A DNA stretch of 64,000 bases from Phoronis australis (Eukaryota > Animalia > Phoronida). This document shows positions 40,701-55,700 of the stretch, piece after piece; the first letter of the stretch is position 1; each line of letters begins with the position of its first letter. Both the position numbers and the translations under genes were made by a program. The notes beneath the pieces were generated by a model. That model saw only the letters and a list, made by a program, of their open reading frames with translations. It was not told where the DNA came from and did no database searches. The DNA is taken from assembly GCA_002633005.1 (NCBI GenBank), contig NMRA01000358.1:1-64000 (forward strand), given 5' to 3'.

Positions 40701-43700
40701 AGCTAGCTGGCTAGATAGGAAGGCTCTAGCTTCGAAACAATTTTTTACTCCGAAAGTGACAACAAATTCAGAATGATGATGAATCATGGATGACACTATA
40801 ACTGATCACATGCTTTCGATTTCATGCGCCCATGATCTTAATCTCTGCGCTATGTTAAAACCATGATTGTTTATGTTGTTCTTAAAATAAACTTTTGTTC
40901 TACTGCTATACCAACATATTAAGAAATTATACAAAAATAAACAATAATGATAATTTTCTGTGGTAAAGCGCATTATACAGCGTGATGAAGTGATGATCAA
41001 GAGATGAACACGAATGCGTACTGCTTGTTGAGCATTCCGCGGCGTGAAAACACTTGAGGTCGTAAAACAGCCAGCGTTGTATTCTGATTTTTGTGCAATT
41101 TTACTGTAAAATTTTAAATTTCTTGCTTGTTTTTATGCATAATGCACTGTATAAAAAGTCTCATACTAAGAGACGGAAATTATGCTTCCACGATATCACT
41201 TAACGTTTGATTTTACCAGGCCGTCAGTAATTCAACATAAAGTTCACGTTGGTGTAATGTCACGCACTTCGTAGTTGTAGGTTGATTTGATTTACCACCT
41301 TTCATTAGTTGAACTAAAGTTGATAAACCGATGTCAAACTGGAGTTGCCACTGGTGAACGAACAGCGAACAGTTAAATCTTTGTTTGGCCAAAGTTCACC
41401 CGCTAAGTCATAAAATGGTAATTGCCGACCAAGGACACGCTTAATCCGAATTGGTCGTCTACGCTAGGAGACCACTTAGCCGACCCAAATGCCGACCACA
41501 GAGACGACTCAGCAAACGCCTGGCCAGACCGGAGCGCAACCGGAACGCAGGCGTGACAGAAATCAGTCAGGGTCGCCTCACGCCTACTCTCCGGGTAGTC
41601 CTCACGCTTACCTCCGGTTTAGTTCACGCTTTCCTCAGGCTTTCCTCACGCCTTCGGTACCTGTGGTAACCATGGTAGGGCACCGGGCTAATCAATAAAA
41701 ATATGTCATGTAACGTCTTGATTGCCTGTCGTTTCGGACAAGTTGCAAAGACATTATAGTATATTATAGAGTATCTTTGCAAGCAGTCATCTATCACACT
41801 TGGGTTCCAACTAACTCTGTAATTCCACGTGTTGTTCATACAAATGTCTTCCTTCAGCTCGTCTTGTGTTACACTTACATGTACATGTTCAATTTACGAC
41901 TTAAGAGCCAGTCCCATCAACGACATACATCTACAGTAACCCCGGTTAGTAAATACGAATGTACGCGACCCTGTGTCCAGAGTCATCTTTACATGGCTGT
42001 GGACTCCTTGAAACTAGTCACAGCTGGATATAGTTAATTTGCCCTAAAAATAGCCTACGCATCTTGTGAAGTATTGTGTCACTGTAAATTTTTGCACCGC
42101 ACTGGCGTACAGAAAATTTCAATAGGCTGCCATTCTGACATACCTGTACCCATCCCTTACTGCAAGCAAATGTTTTGACTAAAAAGTCCTCAATCCGTAG
42201 TGCAGTTTGATTATTTGTAGCCCCCTCCCCGTAGTACATGCGTTTCGACTGAGTTCACAGTATCCCTGGGGTACTTCTTCATTAAAATAATAATAGCAGT
42301 GATCTGTTTGACTTGTCAAATGCATGGGCACGATCAGTTTTCTCCGCATGAAGCTGGAACTTGGAATCAATGTGGTCAGAATTGACATGCTATGGTCCTT
42401 CATATCGTGAAGGCAATTGAATATTTCTGCCATGTACACGCGTGTTAAGATTCTTTAATAGTTTATATAAAAAACAAATAATTATATATAAGTGAAAAGT
42501 AGAGTCCACAGGTCTGTTTCCTGACGTGACTTTTAATCTTAAAAGATTTGAGAAGGAAATTTTGGTCTTTTGCTGAACGTGACGATTTCAAAGAAAATAA
42601 ACCTCACATGAGCAAAAGTCTATGGGAATACACACATCACTGCTAGTTACTGATATAATTTTAATAAATTACTTTTTCATCTGTTATGCAGGTAAAGGCA
42701 TGCCTGGCTCGCCCTTCATTTATTCACAACTATCTAAAGGTAAGCACCGGGTACAGTCACGCTTAGGCTCACGCCAGCTGTCACGGTTGATTCACGTCTC
42801 ACTCTGCGGTCTGTCTCCGGTTACGGTCACAGGTGACTAGACTGGAGAGACACTGGAGAGAGTCTAATAATTCAGTGACTGTACTGTAGATCTCAAAAAA
42901 GAAATCTTTGGTCGTCAAAGTTGACACATTAAGTGGTCTCTATTGATATCTTTAAAAGGATTTTTGATCATTCGACATTTCCTATTTTTAAATGGAGTGT
43001 AGCCCTGACTTGAATTTGTGAATAACTTCCTGAATATTCACCATTTAATTGTTTTGATAATTATCTCCCTGAATATTCATCACTTAATTATAGTCAGGGA
43101 CAATAACTACTCATGTTCCTTGTTAGTTTTTACCAGACAGGCGACTTTAAAATATAGATACTTGGAGAAATGTGGTTCTGATTTGGTGAATGTGGACATG
43201 TACGAGCATAGACTTTTTAATTTTGGACTTGCTTGCAAAGGTTAGCTAATTTTGATTCACTTGAGCTCACGACAAGAATATCACTGTTTTGATACTTGCA
43301 GGGCCCATGTACAGCGACCTTGCTCTTGACCCCAACTCCAGGATCCTTTACGTAGTGGAGTCAACGAAGGGAATGGTGTTAGCTTATAGCCTTCACTCTG
43401 AGCAATGGAAGACCGTCTTGGCCGAGCCAAAAATCAACAAACCCCTGTCGATTGCACTGCATCCTCCATCAGGGTAGAGTATTCATGTTTTCCTTTTTAT
43501 CTGTAGCACTCCTTAGAACCTGCTCGTAGCTCCATCTGAAGGCAGGGCACAGAATCGGGGTATTCCTCATTTAGGTAGCATGGGAATGGACTTTGATCAA
43601 TAAAATTATTATGCTAAAATTTCCTACTTACTTGTTTTTTCTTCAGAAAAAAATGAATTGTTTGTTCTTTGCATATTGAATAATTACCAAGTTAAGTACA

Positions 43701-46700
43701 TGCCCTGGCTGAGGCCTTTGGACAGGTCCCCAACTAAAATTGCCATCATTCGCAGCTCACAGCTGTCCACAGGACAATGATGATATCATATTCACGTTTC
43801 GAATATTATTGTCTTCACAGGACAATATATATATATCATTCACAGCCTCACTTTTTGAAGATTGTTCTCTTTGTAGGGCAATGTACATTGGTCTCTCTGG
43901 CAGCATTGTCAAGGCGACAATGGATGGTGAAATCAACTCCACAGTGGTACATAATGTCCAGGCTCCAGTTGCCATCGCGGTGGACATTGCATCAAAGCCT
44001 CCCAGAAATCGTAGGGACTCCCCTATTGCTACTGCTCCAGGTAAGTGAAGGTTGAGGCAACGCATAAGACGGATTACTTGCACTTTACTTTGATGCTATA
44101 TAGAGTCTGTCCTGCTGAAACACATATCTTGGCGTCTTTCATTTTCAAAAAATTGTTTGTTGAAGCTACATAGTGCTATCAATCCGCAGTTCAAAATGCA
44201 ACAGGTCCCTCTGTGTGTTTGTAATATTTACCTACAATCATATGCTGATTGTCAGTTGTGGTACGTTGCTACAGTATTAATCACCAGTTTACATCAAAAT
44301 GGCTCACCATTTGTCGTGCTATTGGTATATAAAGTTCTACTGTCAGTTTGGTGTCATAAATCGCCATTCAGTTGTCTGACTGGGCTCTGAAGTGTCTTAG
44401 TGGCCCTACTTTTCAAAAACTAGGTCAGATGTAGGATGTGCTCTTCTACCTTCGTAAGGGAGGAGAGTTGAATTCAAAGGCAAAATTAAGAAATGTTGTC
44501 ACAATTTTGACAAACTGCTGAGACCTTCACCTGTCATGTGTTTGTTGAGATAGCCAGGATTGAAATGGATTCTTTTCAAAGAGAATAAGGATAATTATTG
44601 AGAGGTGGTTTTGTGCATTTAAACTTCCTTGAATTTTAATGTTGTCTAGAATTATAGCTAATATGTGATTCAAGAGAGTGATAAAATTATTTATTTTCCA
44701 TTCTATGAACTTACCATCAGTGTCTAAAATGGAATTGACTAAAAATGCATGAAAAAAGAGTGACATTCACCCTTAAGCTTTGGTTGGTAATAATTTGCAA
44801 GTAGTTAAGCCAGTCGGTAAGTTTCATTAATTTTAATTCCTGATTTGATCCTCGCACTCAGCTTCCCATTAACTCAGAATACTGAACGCATGTTACTTGG
44901 AGATCTGTAAAAATATCAATGATTATGTATTGAAGCAATGGAATAGCTTGTACTTAGTAGATCTACTGCAGCTGTGTAAATATGTACGGTGGTACCCAAG
45001 TAGACCTTCTCCTCTGCAAGCCTGTACATTGACACCTAAGCTTGGTTGGAGACACATCTGAACTTTTTACTTGTCAGCTTAATACAGACTTGCTCTCTAA
45101 ACGTCAATCTCCTATCTTCAGACATGCAGCTAGCACAACACTGAGAGACATAACAGACAAACAAAAGTTAAAACACTGGCTGTATTTTGAAACCACACCT
45201 TTCATTATGCAGGCAATGAGTGAAATGAACATATACGAAGCAAAATGAACAGTCAAATAAACGGTGACAGCAGTTAAAGGGGCACATAAGCAGAGAGATA
45301 TTAGATCAATTTCTCATTAAACCTATACAGTGATACCTAAATATACCTACTCTATACTCCAGTGCGTTGATACCTATTACACTGTTTTCAGATGCGATTT
45401 ACTTCGCTGACCGGAGTCAGGTACAGATGATGGCTTTAGAGGGAGTCAACCCACAGAGATCGATCATTAGAGAACTTGACCGTAATGAAAAAGCAACAGC
45501 TCTGACTGTTGTGGGGAACAAGATCTACGTGACAGTGCCGACTAGGAGGGGAGTGCTGGTTATTGATAAGAGGAGTCACTACTCATGGGAGATTTTGGGA
45601 CAGGTCCTGTCAGGTCTTTCTCATGTGTCCTACGTGCCTCCACTATCGAATGGTGAGTGGCTGCTTCATTATTTGATCTGCTTTTGTATATATTACGGTG
45701 GCCAGGCGGTGTTTTCCTACAATCACCTTAATTTACATACCGGTGCATATTACTGTCATTTCTGTCCAGCGTCCGACATGAGGTACAGTGTCTACAAAAA
45801 CTTGGAGGATCTTCAAAACGGTTGTCAGATGTGTTCTACAGAGCTGACAGCAGAATGAGAATGACTATGAAATTGACATGATTACTGGTGCCCCCTAGTG
45901 GCAATTTTAATATTTGAATCTCTATCTTCAGAGTTCTTTGACCGAATCATGAAATGTAGGTTTCTATTAGCGTTATATAGAAGACTATTAAAGTGACCCA
46001 CTATGGCCAGTTTCAGAACGTCATATCCCAGATACGTATGATCAGATTCATTTATGGAATGTTTTGGAACTCTGCTGTTACGAATGGTTTTCCACTTTTT
46101 TCCGTCATGGGCTATCAAAAAAGGACATGACCTAATTAAGATGACCTGACCTAATTAATGACAAGAGTGTTCAAAAGTTAGACAAACTCTACAGCCTTTC
46201 CACTTTCAGAAAATTATGTACTTTTACTGAGTTCAAATCTACAGTCTATATATATTTAACAGCTAAATACACATGCATGCCGATAAGGTCCTATAACCGA
46301 AGACAAGGTGCTTTTCCATTTTTGGATGAATTAGACGTACTCTGCCCCACATAACGTGGAGTTGTCGTGAGAACTCTATTGGGAGCAAAATATTTAAAGT
46401 GGGACTTAACTACAACATAGGAACCTTCAAAATTTGTGTCATAGCAGTACAAGTTTCTGCTACGTAACAAAACACCTTAAGTGATGTAACTGCTGAGATC
46501 ACTACCTTCACGAGGAAAAGTTATCAATATAAAAATATATGAAACCTGAGCTTGAGCAAAGTACCGGTAGGTGCACAATACTGCTATCCCTGGGGGAACC
46601 AGTCACTGAAAACTCCAATAAATTGCACACCTAACAAGATGACAATAATATGTTTTCAAGAATTTGCTTTTCAAGATCAACCATGTGGAAATGACAGGGT

Positions 46701-49700
46701 CATCGCAGAATTTAGTAAAAAATCTGCATTTCAGCTTAAAAAACAGTCATTTTCAAAACCACACCAGGAGTCACTGAATAAAAATACTAAAAAAGACAGA
46801 ATGTAATTCACTTCATGGGATGCAAACAATAAGTATCCTAAACTGAAAAGATCAGTCATCCAAGGCTTGAAGAATATTCAAAATAAATACAAGCAGCTTA
46901 CACATTTCCAAAACCACACAGGCAATACTGATGTGGTACATGAATGAGGTGCACATATGGAGAAAAAAGTAAAATATTCTCCCTAGCTGTGAATGTCCTA
47001 GCTGCATGAAGCATCCAGGCCATTCACTGAATACCAGGCACATATCATACTATGCATTAATTGCGAGTAGAACATTCTCACTGACCACAATGGTCAACAA
47101 AGCTGCATGCAGAATACTACCCTGGCATCTCAGAGCATTTGATATGCACAGAACATTTGAAATGAGTGGAGTGCACACTAATAAATGCTCTGGTGGGGCC
47201 CTTAAATCTAGTAAGGTCATATGCTGTTGAGCAGAAAAAAACAGCTTTTCAAACAAATTTCCAAACACAATACAACATTTTCAAACATGATTAAGAGCCA
47301 AAAATACTGGAATTGATACCTGGGCCATGTCATTGATCTTTTTACAGGAATTTGAACTCGAAATTACGTTTGGAATTTTGTACTCTACTTTTGTGCGAAC
47401 TTAAAACAGGTGGCTATTATCCTATGCTCCTATACATAATGACTTACGTGGATATTTTATTAGTGATAGTTTACAGTTGATTAACTCAAGAAGAATCCAG
47501 TACAATAAATTGGTATGTTATGAAATTCATTCTAGTTACTTCACAAAAAATAAGCAGAGCTTGGAATGAGCAATAACAAAAACAGAGGAGAAATTTCCAG
47601 CTGATGTATGATACACAAAAATAGGCTTGTGTGATAGACATTTTTGGCTGTAACATTTACCTTAATTAAACATTTAATAAAGTCGAAAAAATGATAAAAA
47701 GAGGAAACTGGAAATCAGATAAGAGGAAATCGACACCAAAAAAGAATTCCTCTTAAAAGACAAAAATCCCAAGCCCTGATCAAGTCTGTATTCTCTAGGC
47801 TTCAACGTGTACATAAATGCAACTGTCAAGCAGTATACCTTCTTGAAATTGTCAAGGCGAGCTCTCTGAAATGTAAACAATCACTGGTTTGGTGGTGTGC
47901 TTTTAAAACCTCTGGTGCTGGTGACCTTGTGCACGTGCAGTAGTGTACCACAACTTACACTCATGTAGTCAGAAGGTCACATCACTGTTTGGAAGGGCAA
48001 CATTTTGAGAGGGATTGTTGAGTGTTGCTCAATGCTCAGGACTCAGGAGTTTTAAAATTATGAAGAAATGGATGTTTTGGGAAGCAGTTGAACAAATTAG
48101 AAAACATTCATGAACAGAAACCGAACCCCATAAAACGCTTTAATGAGTGGTTTGAAAAAGAGGAGATAAAAGTACAAATTTGTGCACTCTCAAGCAGGAG
48201 CTGCATGATAGTAAGAAAAGGTTCAACAAGTGAAATATAGTTTACTCACTGTAATCTGTGCTAAATATTAAACTAATTAGCAATCAGGGTGTAGACTGGA
48301 CTGGATTATTTTGTAAACAAAAGTCAGGAGTGAACGATAGGGCCAGGTGTGTAGGACTAAGGGTTAGGCTAGTACTGGTATGCAGAATACAATGGCTTAT
48401 CAATAAATTATGTCATCAAATTCAGTCAACAGAGAGTGCACTATAGCAAGGGGGTTGGGGATCTACAGAAAACAAGGAAATGAAACATTAACAAGTGTAA
48501 CGAAATTAGAACAAGGTAACAAAGACACGGCTGCAGATTGCTGTCTCCACCTCTTATTAATAAAACTTAATTGGTAATTTAAAACAATGGCGTGACATTG
48601 TTTCATTTGCGAACACCATTCGAAAAATTCTGGATCAGCCACTGGCAATGAAAATCCCAGAATACCAATTCAATCCGACAACATCAGACTTGTTACAATA
48701 AATCTACTTTAAAAACAAAAACAACATTGAAGGCACTATGGTAGATTTGTCCAAACGTTTATTTTTCACTAAGTAACAATGTTTCTCTGACTTTAAATGT
48801 GGTACAAGTACATAGTCTGTAATTTCATGAACACACAATCCCACGCAAACACGGTATACTTTATCTATACAGCCAACAGCATCATGCGAGCATAAGGGAT
48901 GACAAAAAATACTTAAGTTTTTCTTCACCAGTTCCAGGTCCCGAGCCCGACATAGTCGATCGGCTCAGCCTCTCACGAATCACGGCTCGACGAGCTGATC
49001 AAACTCAGACGGCCATCCAGGAAAACCGACGTGAATTCCCGGCACTGTCTTTTACTCCCTGCACAATTGCTTCTGCCCAATGGCTGTTTTTATCAACTGT
49101 CTGCATTTTCTGTCCATCTTCCATTTTGAAACGGCTACTTTTGAGTTGAGAGCAAAAACAACAACACAGCCATCCTCACGTGTTGGCCGGACTCACTACT
49201 CACCACCATGCGCGAGTTGGGTCCTCATAGACATGTTCACCAAAATGAAATTGCTGTTTTCTTGTTAAAATATAGAGTACGATTTACTTACATTTCGATA
49301 ATTTAGCATGCAAATAGTTTAAAAATGACAATTATAAGTCGATTTTGACGTCTTCCTTTGTTGACAGTGAAACCGCATTACCGCATAGTAATCTTTTGTA
49401 ACGATTCTCCAGTGTGCAGGGCTAGCCTGGACTGAAAGTGAAATATCTCGGCCAAAACTTCATTGATTTTCGTGGGAGAAAAACGCTTGTTTTCAGAATT
49501 TTATGAGGAATTTGTTGATGAATCTTTTACATGTCATTGAAAAAGGCGAAAATACAAACGCACGAGTCATATTTCTTCAGGCAGTCTTCACGGGCAATAA
49601 AATGTAATCGACCGAATAGATCTGTCGACCACAGATCTACCCTATGGTTTTTCTCTTGATCCCAGACCGCCCGGAGTTGCTCAAGATGCCAACTCAGGAT

Positions 49701-52700
49701 GGTCTCTCACAAGGTTTTAGTGTTATGCATCTAGTGGCCACTTTATTACTCACAGTCTGTTTCTGGCATTATTTGCCAAACCACTTTCCAGATCATGAAA
49801 ATGGACAGATGTTCCTGGTGAGAAGACTGCGATTGACTTTGATTTTCAGACGTCCCCTAGTGGCAATTTTTTAAGATTCTGCTTGTCTTCTTAATAAGTC
49901 CTTGAAGGATCCTTGTGAAAATTGGCATGTGTTTCGGTGCCAGGAGTTTTTGTGTTGATTCTAACATATGCCTGCCAACGGAACTGTCTTGTAGAGAATA
50001 TTAACTTCAACTTGTTTTCTATGTATTAATCAGATTGCTTGTAAAAGTATACACTAGTCTTGCATGTTTGAATTTTCTTCCCATGGTATTAAAATAGAGG
50101 TGCAAATTCAAACTTTTGGTGTTAAAATTTTGTGTAGTCAGAGTGTGAAATGAGATAAACTTGTTTGCTCCTTAGTTGTTGCTGCCACCTGTTGGGCAGT
50201 TTTAACGTTCATCATAGTGCACAGTCAGGTTAATACATTTGGTGCGTGGAATTTTACAGGCATCAAAGTCATCTGTAATACTTCATGGTTATTTAATAAG
50301 ATTACATAATAGCAAAAGTGTAGGCTAGTCCATTTGCTTATGAAAATTGTAAACAACACGTAATATTGATCTACTTTTGGTAGCATTCTTCCTATACTGA
50401 CGTGTAATAACTGAATCATATGTTTTGTAATTAACCATTGAACCATCTTGTTGTCCAATAGCTTCCATTAACCAATGCAGTAAGCATAATGGAGGATGCA
50501 GTGACTTCTGCTTTCCGACCTTTGACCCCAATGTCACCTCAGGTCGAGTGTGTGGTTGCCCTTACAACGTCAGATTGGAGGCGGGGTCGAGTTTAAACTG
50601 TGCAGGAAGTAAGTATGACAGCTTAACCAATTGATTCAAGCCTACACTTTTTATGTGATGTTTTTCTAAGGTCAAAGTTCACAAATATAATGAAGGAAAT
50701 TAGTTTATATTGCCTCAATATGTGTTAGAAAGAAAATGTGCTGATGGAGACACTATTTGTAACAATTGTCAGACCACTAAAACATCTTTCGGTAATGACC
50801 CAATTTCAAATGCTGGTGAACTAGGCGAGGCTAGATGACAGCGACAAAATTCCTTCATGGACATTTGAGAAGTTGTAAATTTTTGTGCAACTTATTTGAG
50901 TACCCCGCCACACAACTGTGGCAGTAAGGAATTTGGCCATCTTGTTGATACTGTTTAGTTGCTATCAATGTACCTTTCTGTTTTCATAAATTTTACCATA
51001 AAGTCAAGGTCTCGTCATCCAATAAATGACAAAGTGTTAAAAATTCAAAAATCAGCTTTACACTCAGGCTTTCCAATTTATAATTTTACTGAGTGAGTTA
51101 AAATCATTTTTGTTGGCATTTGGCTCAATACACCAGAAGTCGATATGGTCTTTCATAATCTTAACTTGGAAATTTGGTATTACTCCCAACATAATTATTT
51201 CTGAAAAATTGAAAACTGGAGGTGTTAACAAAAGTACATAGCTGCAGTAAATGAGACTACACTGTCCCCTGACTGCTAATTACTGATTATATAATGTGTA
51301 ACTATGTAATGTATTATTTATTTATTATAACGTGTATGAATTATTTCTAGGCTGTGATGTGTTACCAGGTTACACGGCCAAACTGTCATAAAACAAATGT
51401 GAAATGAGAGCACAAGACTAAGTTTCTGACTTTCCATGAAACAAACGGAAGTGAATTTTATTGAATACTGTTATCAAAGATATACATTTCAGGATATTGT
51501 TAATTTAAGCTAACAAGTCTCCATCGTTATTTAATGCCATTCTAGCCAAGAGGTGTAACCACATAATACCGCGAGGTTTCCTGGATGATGGTTGCACGCG
51601 CAAGCCTGGCGACTCGTGCATATTTTGGTGTGCGCCAGGGCACACAAAGGACGTGCAGAAGATCACCTGCAGTAGTACTGGGGTGTGGTCTCCCTCTATT
51701 ACCACGTTGTGCAGTGAGTAATTAATCACAAAGTCATTACTGGAAATGTACGACCTATACATCTTCTTCAATAGAAAATTAATATGGATTTGATATGCCA
51801 AGTTTAACGATATCTCAAACTTTGTTCACAAAAACTGGCCATTTTTACAATATTTCGCACGTCCCGCAAAATACCTTTAGTTATTGTCATTGTCGGGGAA
51901 ATTCGAATACGAAATGTATACCTCCTTCTAGAATAACTACTTCATTCCCATGTAAATAAATTATGTTCACTTGGTATGCGAAGTCAAAGGTTACAGAGCC
52001 ATCACTCAAATCAAATCTCCTGCTTTGCATGTGCACCTCCCACAATTCACATTCCTTTCATTCACCGATTTGCCTTGAGACTGAGTTAACAAGGTGTACA
52101 TATAAGCAAAAGAATGGAAAACGAAGGCATAATGTATTTTTGATCCTGCATGAGTTGCACGTCTGTGTACATATGACCACTGTTCGACAACATTATGCTG
52201 ATTGCACTGGGTGGCTTCACGGTGTCTGGCATATCACGAACACAGCAAGTTGTGAAAAATGATGAATCCTAACCCAAACTAATTCAATTTCACTGTTTGG
52301 TAATAAGCTAATAACTTATAAGACTTGAGTACCGCAAAACAGTGTAGCTTTTGCTGTGTTTACAATGTTTCCCATATGCATACCATAAGTGACACAATTA
52401 GACATAAATATACATTATGCTATGTGTTGATAACGTGACATCCCATAATAACAGTACATTCTCCATGTGTTCCAGAGCCTGACTGTAAACTATTTGACTA
52501 CACGAATGCGGAGTTCGTCAGATCATGCTCGAAAATGGTTGGAAGCACGTGTGAGCTTAGGTGCCAGAAAGGCCTGCAAAAATGGAGTGGCACCGAGAAG
52601 CGGACTTGTACCTTTGACCCCAACACGGGTACCAGCTCCTGGACAGGGGAGCGGTTGATCTGTGGTGGTGAGTACTAATGGTGCATCTAGCCATTCATTG

Positions 52701-55700
52701 GTCTTCTGCCGAAAGTATTGATTTTAGGCGGCAACCAATGTTAAATGGCAGGCCTACTGTTATGGACTATCCTGGAAAAATGTCATAATTTAGCTAACTT
52801 CCTATTCTTGATATTTCATTAATAGCCAATAATGCGTGATACAAAAATACTCCAGCCATCCTGCTGGGAATTACAAGCTGATCTCAGATGTGAGTCACAG
52901 GTACTCTGGCCAATCAGATGTGAGTTAGAGATACTCTGGCCAATCAGATGTGAGTCACAAATACGACTGGCAAATCAAGTGTGGGTCATAGTTACACTGG
53001 CCAATCTGATGTGAGTCACAGATACTCTGGCCAATCAGATGCGAGTCACAGATACTCTGGCCAATCAAATGTGAGTCACAGTTACACTAGCCAGTCACAT
53101 GTGGGTGGCAGATATTCAAAACACAATATCCAAACTCCTGTTGTGTTTGTAGAATCCTGCTGTTTATTTGAGAGATTTTGCTCTACTTGGTATTTTTCAT
53201 GCAGTCAGAAGACTTCAAAGACTGAACAATATGCTGGCATTCAATGCACTGAAGTGTCGCTAAATAACCTGTTTGTGACAAGAATGCCTATTTATGATTA
53301 TATTGGCAAAATTTTGTCTAGATCTAGAATGTTGCCGTACCTTCCTTTGTTTACATAATATTGGTCATTTTCACTAGTGAGAGTCATGGTATTATAAACT
53401 CTAAATACAATTAGTTTAATGTGCCACACTACTTTTTATTACAACTGGTATTAAGTAGATCACAATGGAGCAGTGCATTCCAGACTTGTGACAAAATCTC
53501 ATTGTATTACTATAAAAATAATCAGTGGAAGTGGTGGTTGGCTAGTCTCTAATCAACCATTTGCAGTATCAGAGGCTTGGCTGTGATCACCATCCTGTTT
53601 CGATGTGCCTTGGAATGGATATTGTGTCTGAAGTTTTTTGGCTCTTGTCATCAATGTACCTGACTGTGTATGTTAAAGAATTATGCAGTCCAAGACATAC
53701 TTGAACCCACGACCTCTATGGTTGCAGCCACACTTGGCTAGTTGAGCTAAAAGCTATTATGACGTGTAGCAGGTGCAACACAGTGCTGCTCATGAATATT
53801 TATTTAAAGGTTTAGTTGAACAAGGCACGGCCGGCGTCTGAGTCAACATTTAAAGATCAGAATGAAATGGATAGAAAAGATGACTATAGACATTATACAA
53901 TCATGTATTGAAAATGACTGCTGAAATAGGTGCCGCTCATGGCAACTCTTTCCTGTTAATGTTTTATATTTTGTTCCTGTCTGATTGTATTAAGAAACCT
54001 ACTTGTGATGGTACAACAAATGCCCAACTGTGGTGGTAATGCTGGAATCGTGCTTAATATCAAGAATATGTAGGTGTAAACTTGGAATACTCCATGACAT
54101 TATGAAAGTTCACTTAGTAATGACATTCAAGTTCTTGATAAAAATGTGCATTTCATGCAATACCTGTGATATACCTGTAATACCTGTCACGGACAGGTTC
54201 ATTGGGGATATGCTGATGCATTAATCCGCTCCCGAGACCATCTCTGTGACAGCAGAGGGAGCAGAACTCCAGGGCTGATGTTGCCTGTTAGCATCTGATT
54301 TGACAACAGTCGGGCACAGCTCTTCTTGTGACTTTTAGCAGCATGGCCATATGTAATACTGGCTTTGAGCAGTCACCTGCCATCATTGAACTCAGCCAGT
54401 TGGGACGAAGTCTGATCGAGGATGCGTTAGTGAGCTAGCACCTTAACATCAGCCGAGTATAAGCAGAGGGGTTGGTTGGTGGTACATGAGCCAGCGAGGT
54501 AATCTGCAGGCTCATTAATCAAGACAAGGGCGTGGCTGTGTACGAAAGACCAGATCATTGTATGATGAGGGTGGCACGATTGGAAGATACCCCAGTTGGC
54601 TGGGTGATTTCCAGACTGCATGTTAATAAAACAATATAATTTAACGCGTCCTCTTTTCAACTATTGGCGATCTTATTCACCAAACTTGATACTGTAATTA
54701 CCATTGACATATTCCTCTGATTCTGTGACACAAGTTACGTTAAAAGAGCAAATTGCTGATCATGAGACCAATAACAGTTACTGTAAATATCCAACTTTAA
54801 AATGAACAAAATATTTTACCTGATTTGTCTTAATTAATATTCAATTCTAAGTTTATGCATACGTGATCTTGAGATTAAGCAGGATTCCAAGTAATACAGA
54901 TACCTGTGATGGTATCAGAGATACCCACCTGTGACAATACCACATATACCCACCTGTGGTGGTTCCATTGATACCTGTGATGGTACCACAGATACCCACT
55001 TGTGATGGTTCCGCATAAACTTACCATACCTACCTGTGATGCTTCCACAGATACCCACCTGTGATGGTGCCATATACTTACCCGTAATGGTTCCACTTAT
55101 ACCACCTGTAATGGTACCACATGTACCCACCTGTAATGGTATCACAGATTCTCACCTGTAATGGTACCACCGACACTTGCCTATGATGGCATTACAGATA
55201 CCCACCTGTGATGATACAGAATATACCACCTGTGAAGGTACCACAGATACACGTAACAGTACCACATATACCACCTGTAATGGTTACTCAGATAGCCACC
55301 TGTAATGGTACCACAGATACTCACCTATAGTGGTATCACATTTACCCACTTGTGATGGTAACTAAGATACCAGTCTGTGATTGTACCACTTATACCACCT
55401 GTAATGGCAACACAGAAACTCACCTGAAACGGTACCACATATACCTACTTGTAAAGGCACCACATATACCTACCTGTAATGGTACATCGTATACCTACCG
55501 ATAATTACCTCTGATGGTACCACCAATTCTTACCTATGATGGTACCACAGACACCCACCTCTAATGGTACCACGTATACCCACCTGTGATGGTAACACCA
55601 ATACTTAGCTGTGATGTTGACTCATACCCACCTGTAATGTTACCATAGATACCCACATTTGATAGTACCACATATACCTACCTGTAATGGTACCACAAAA

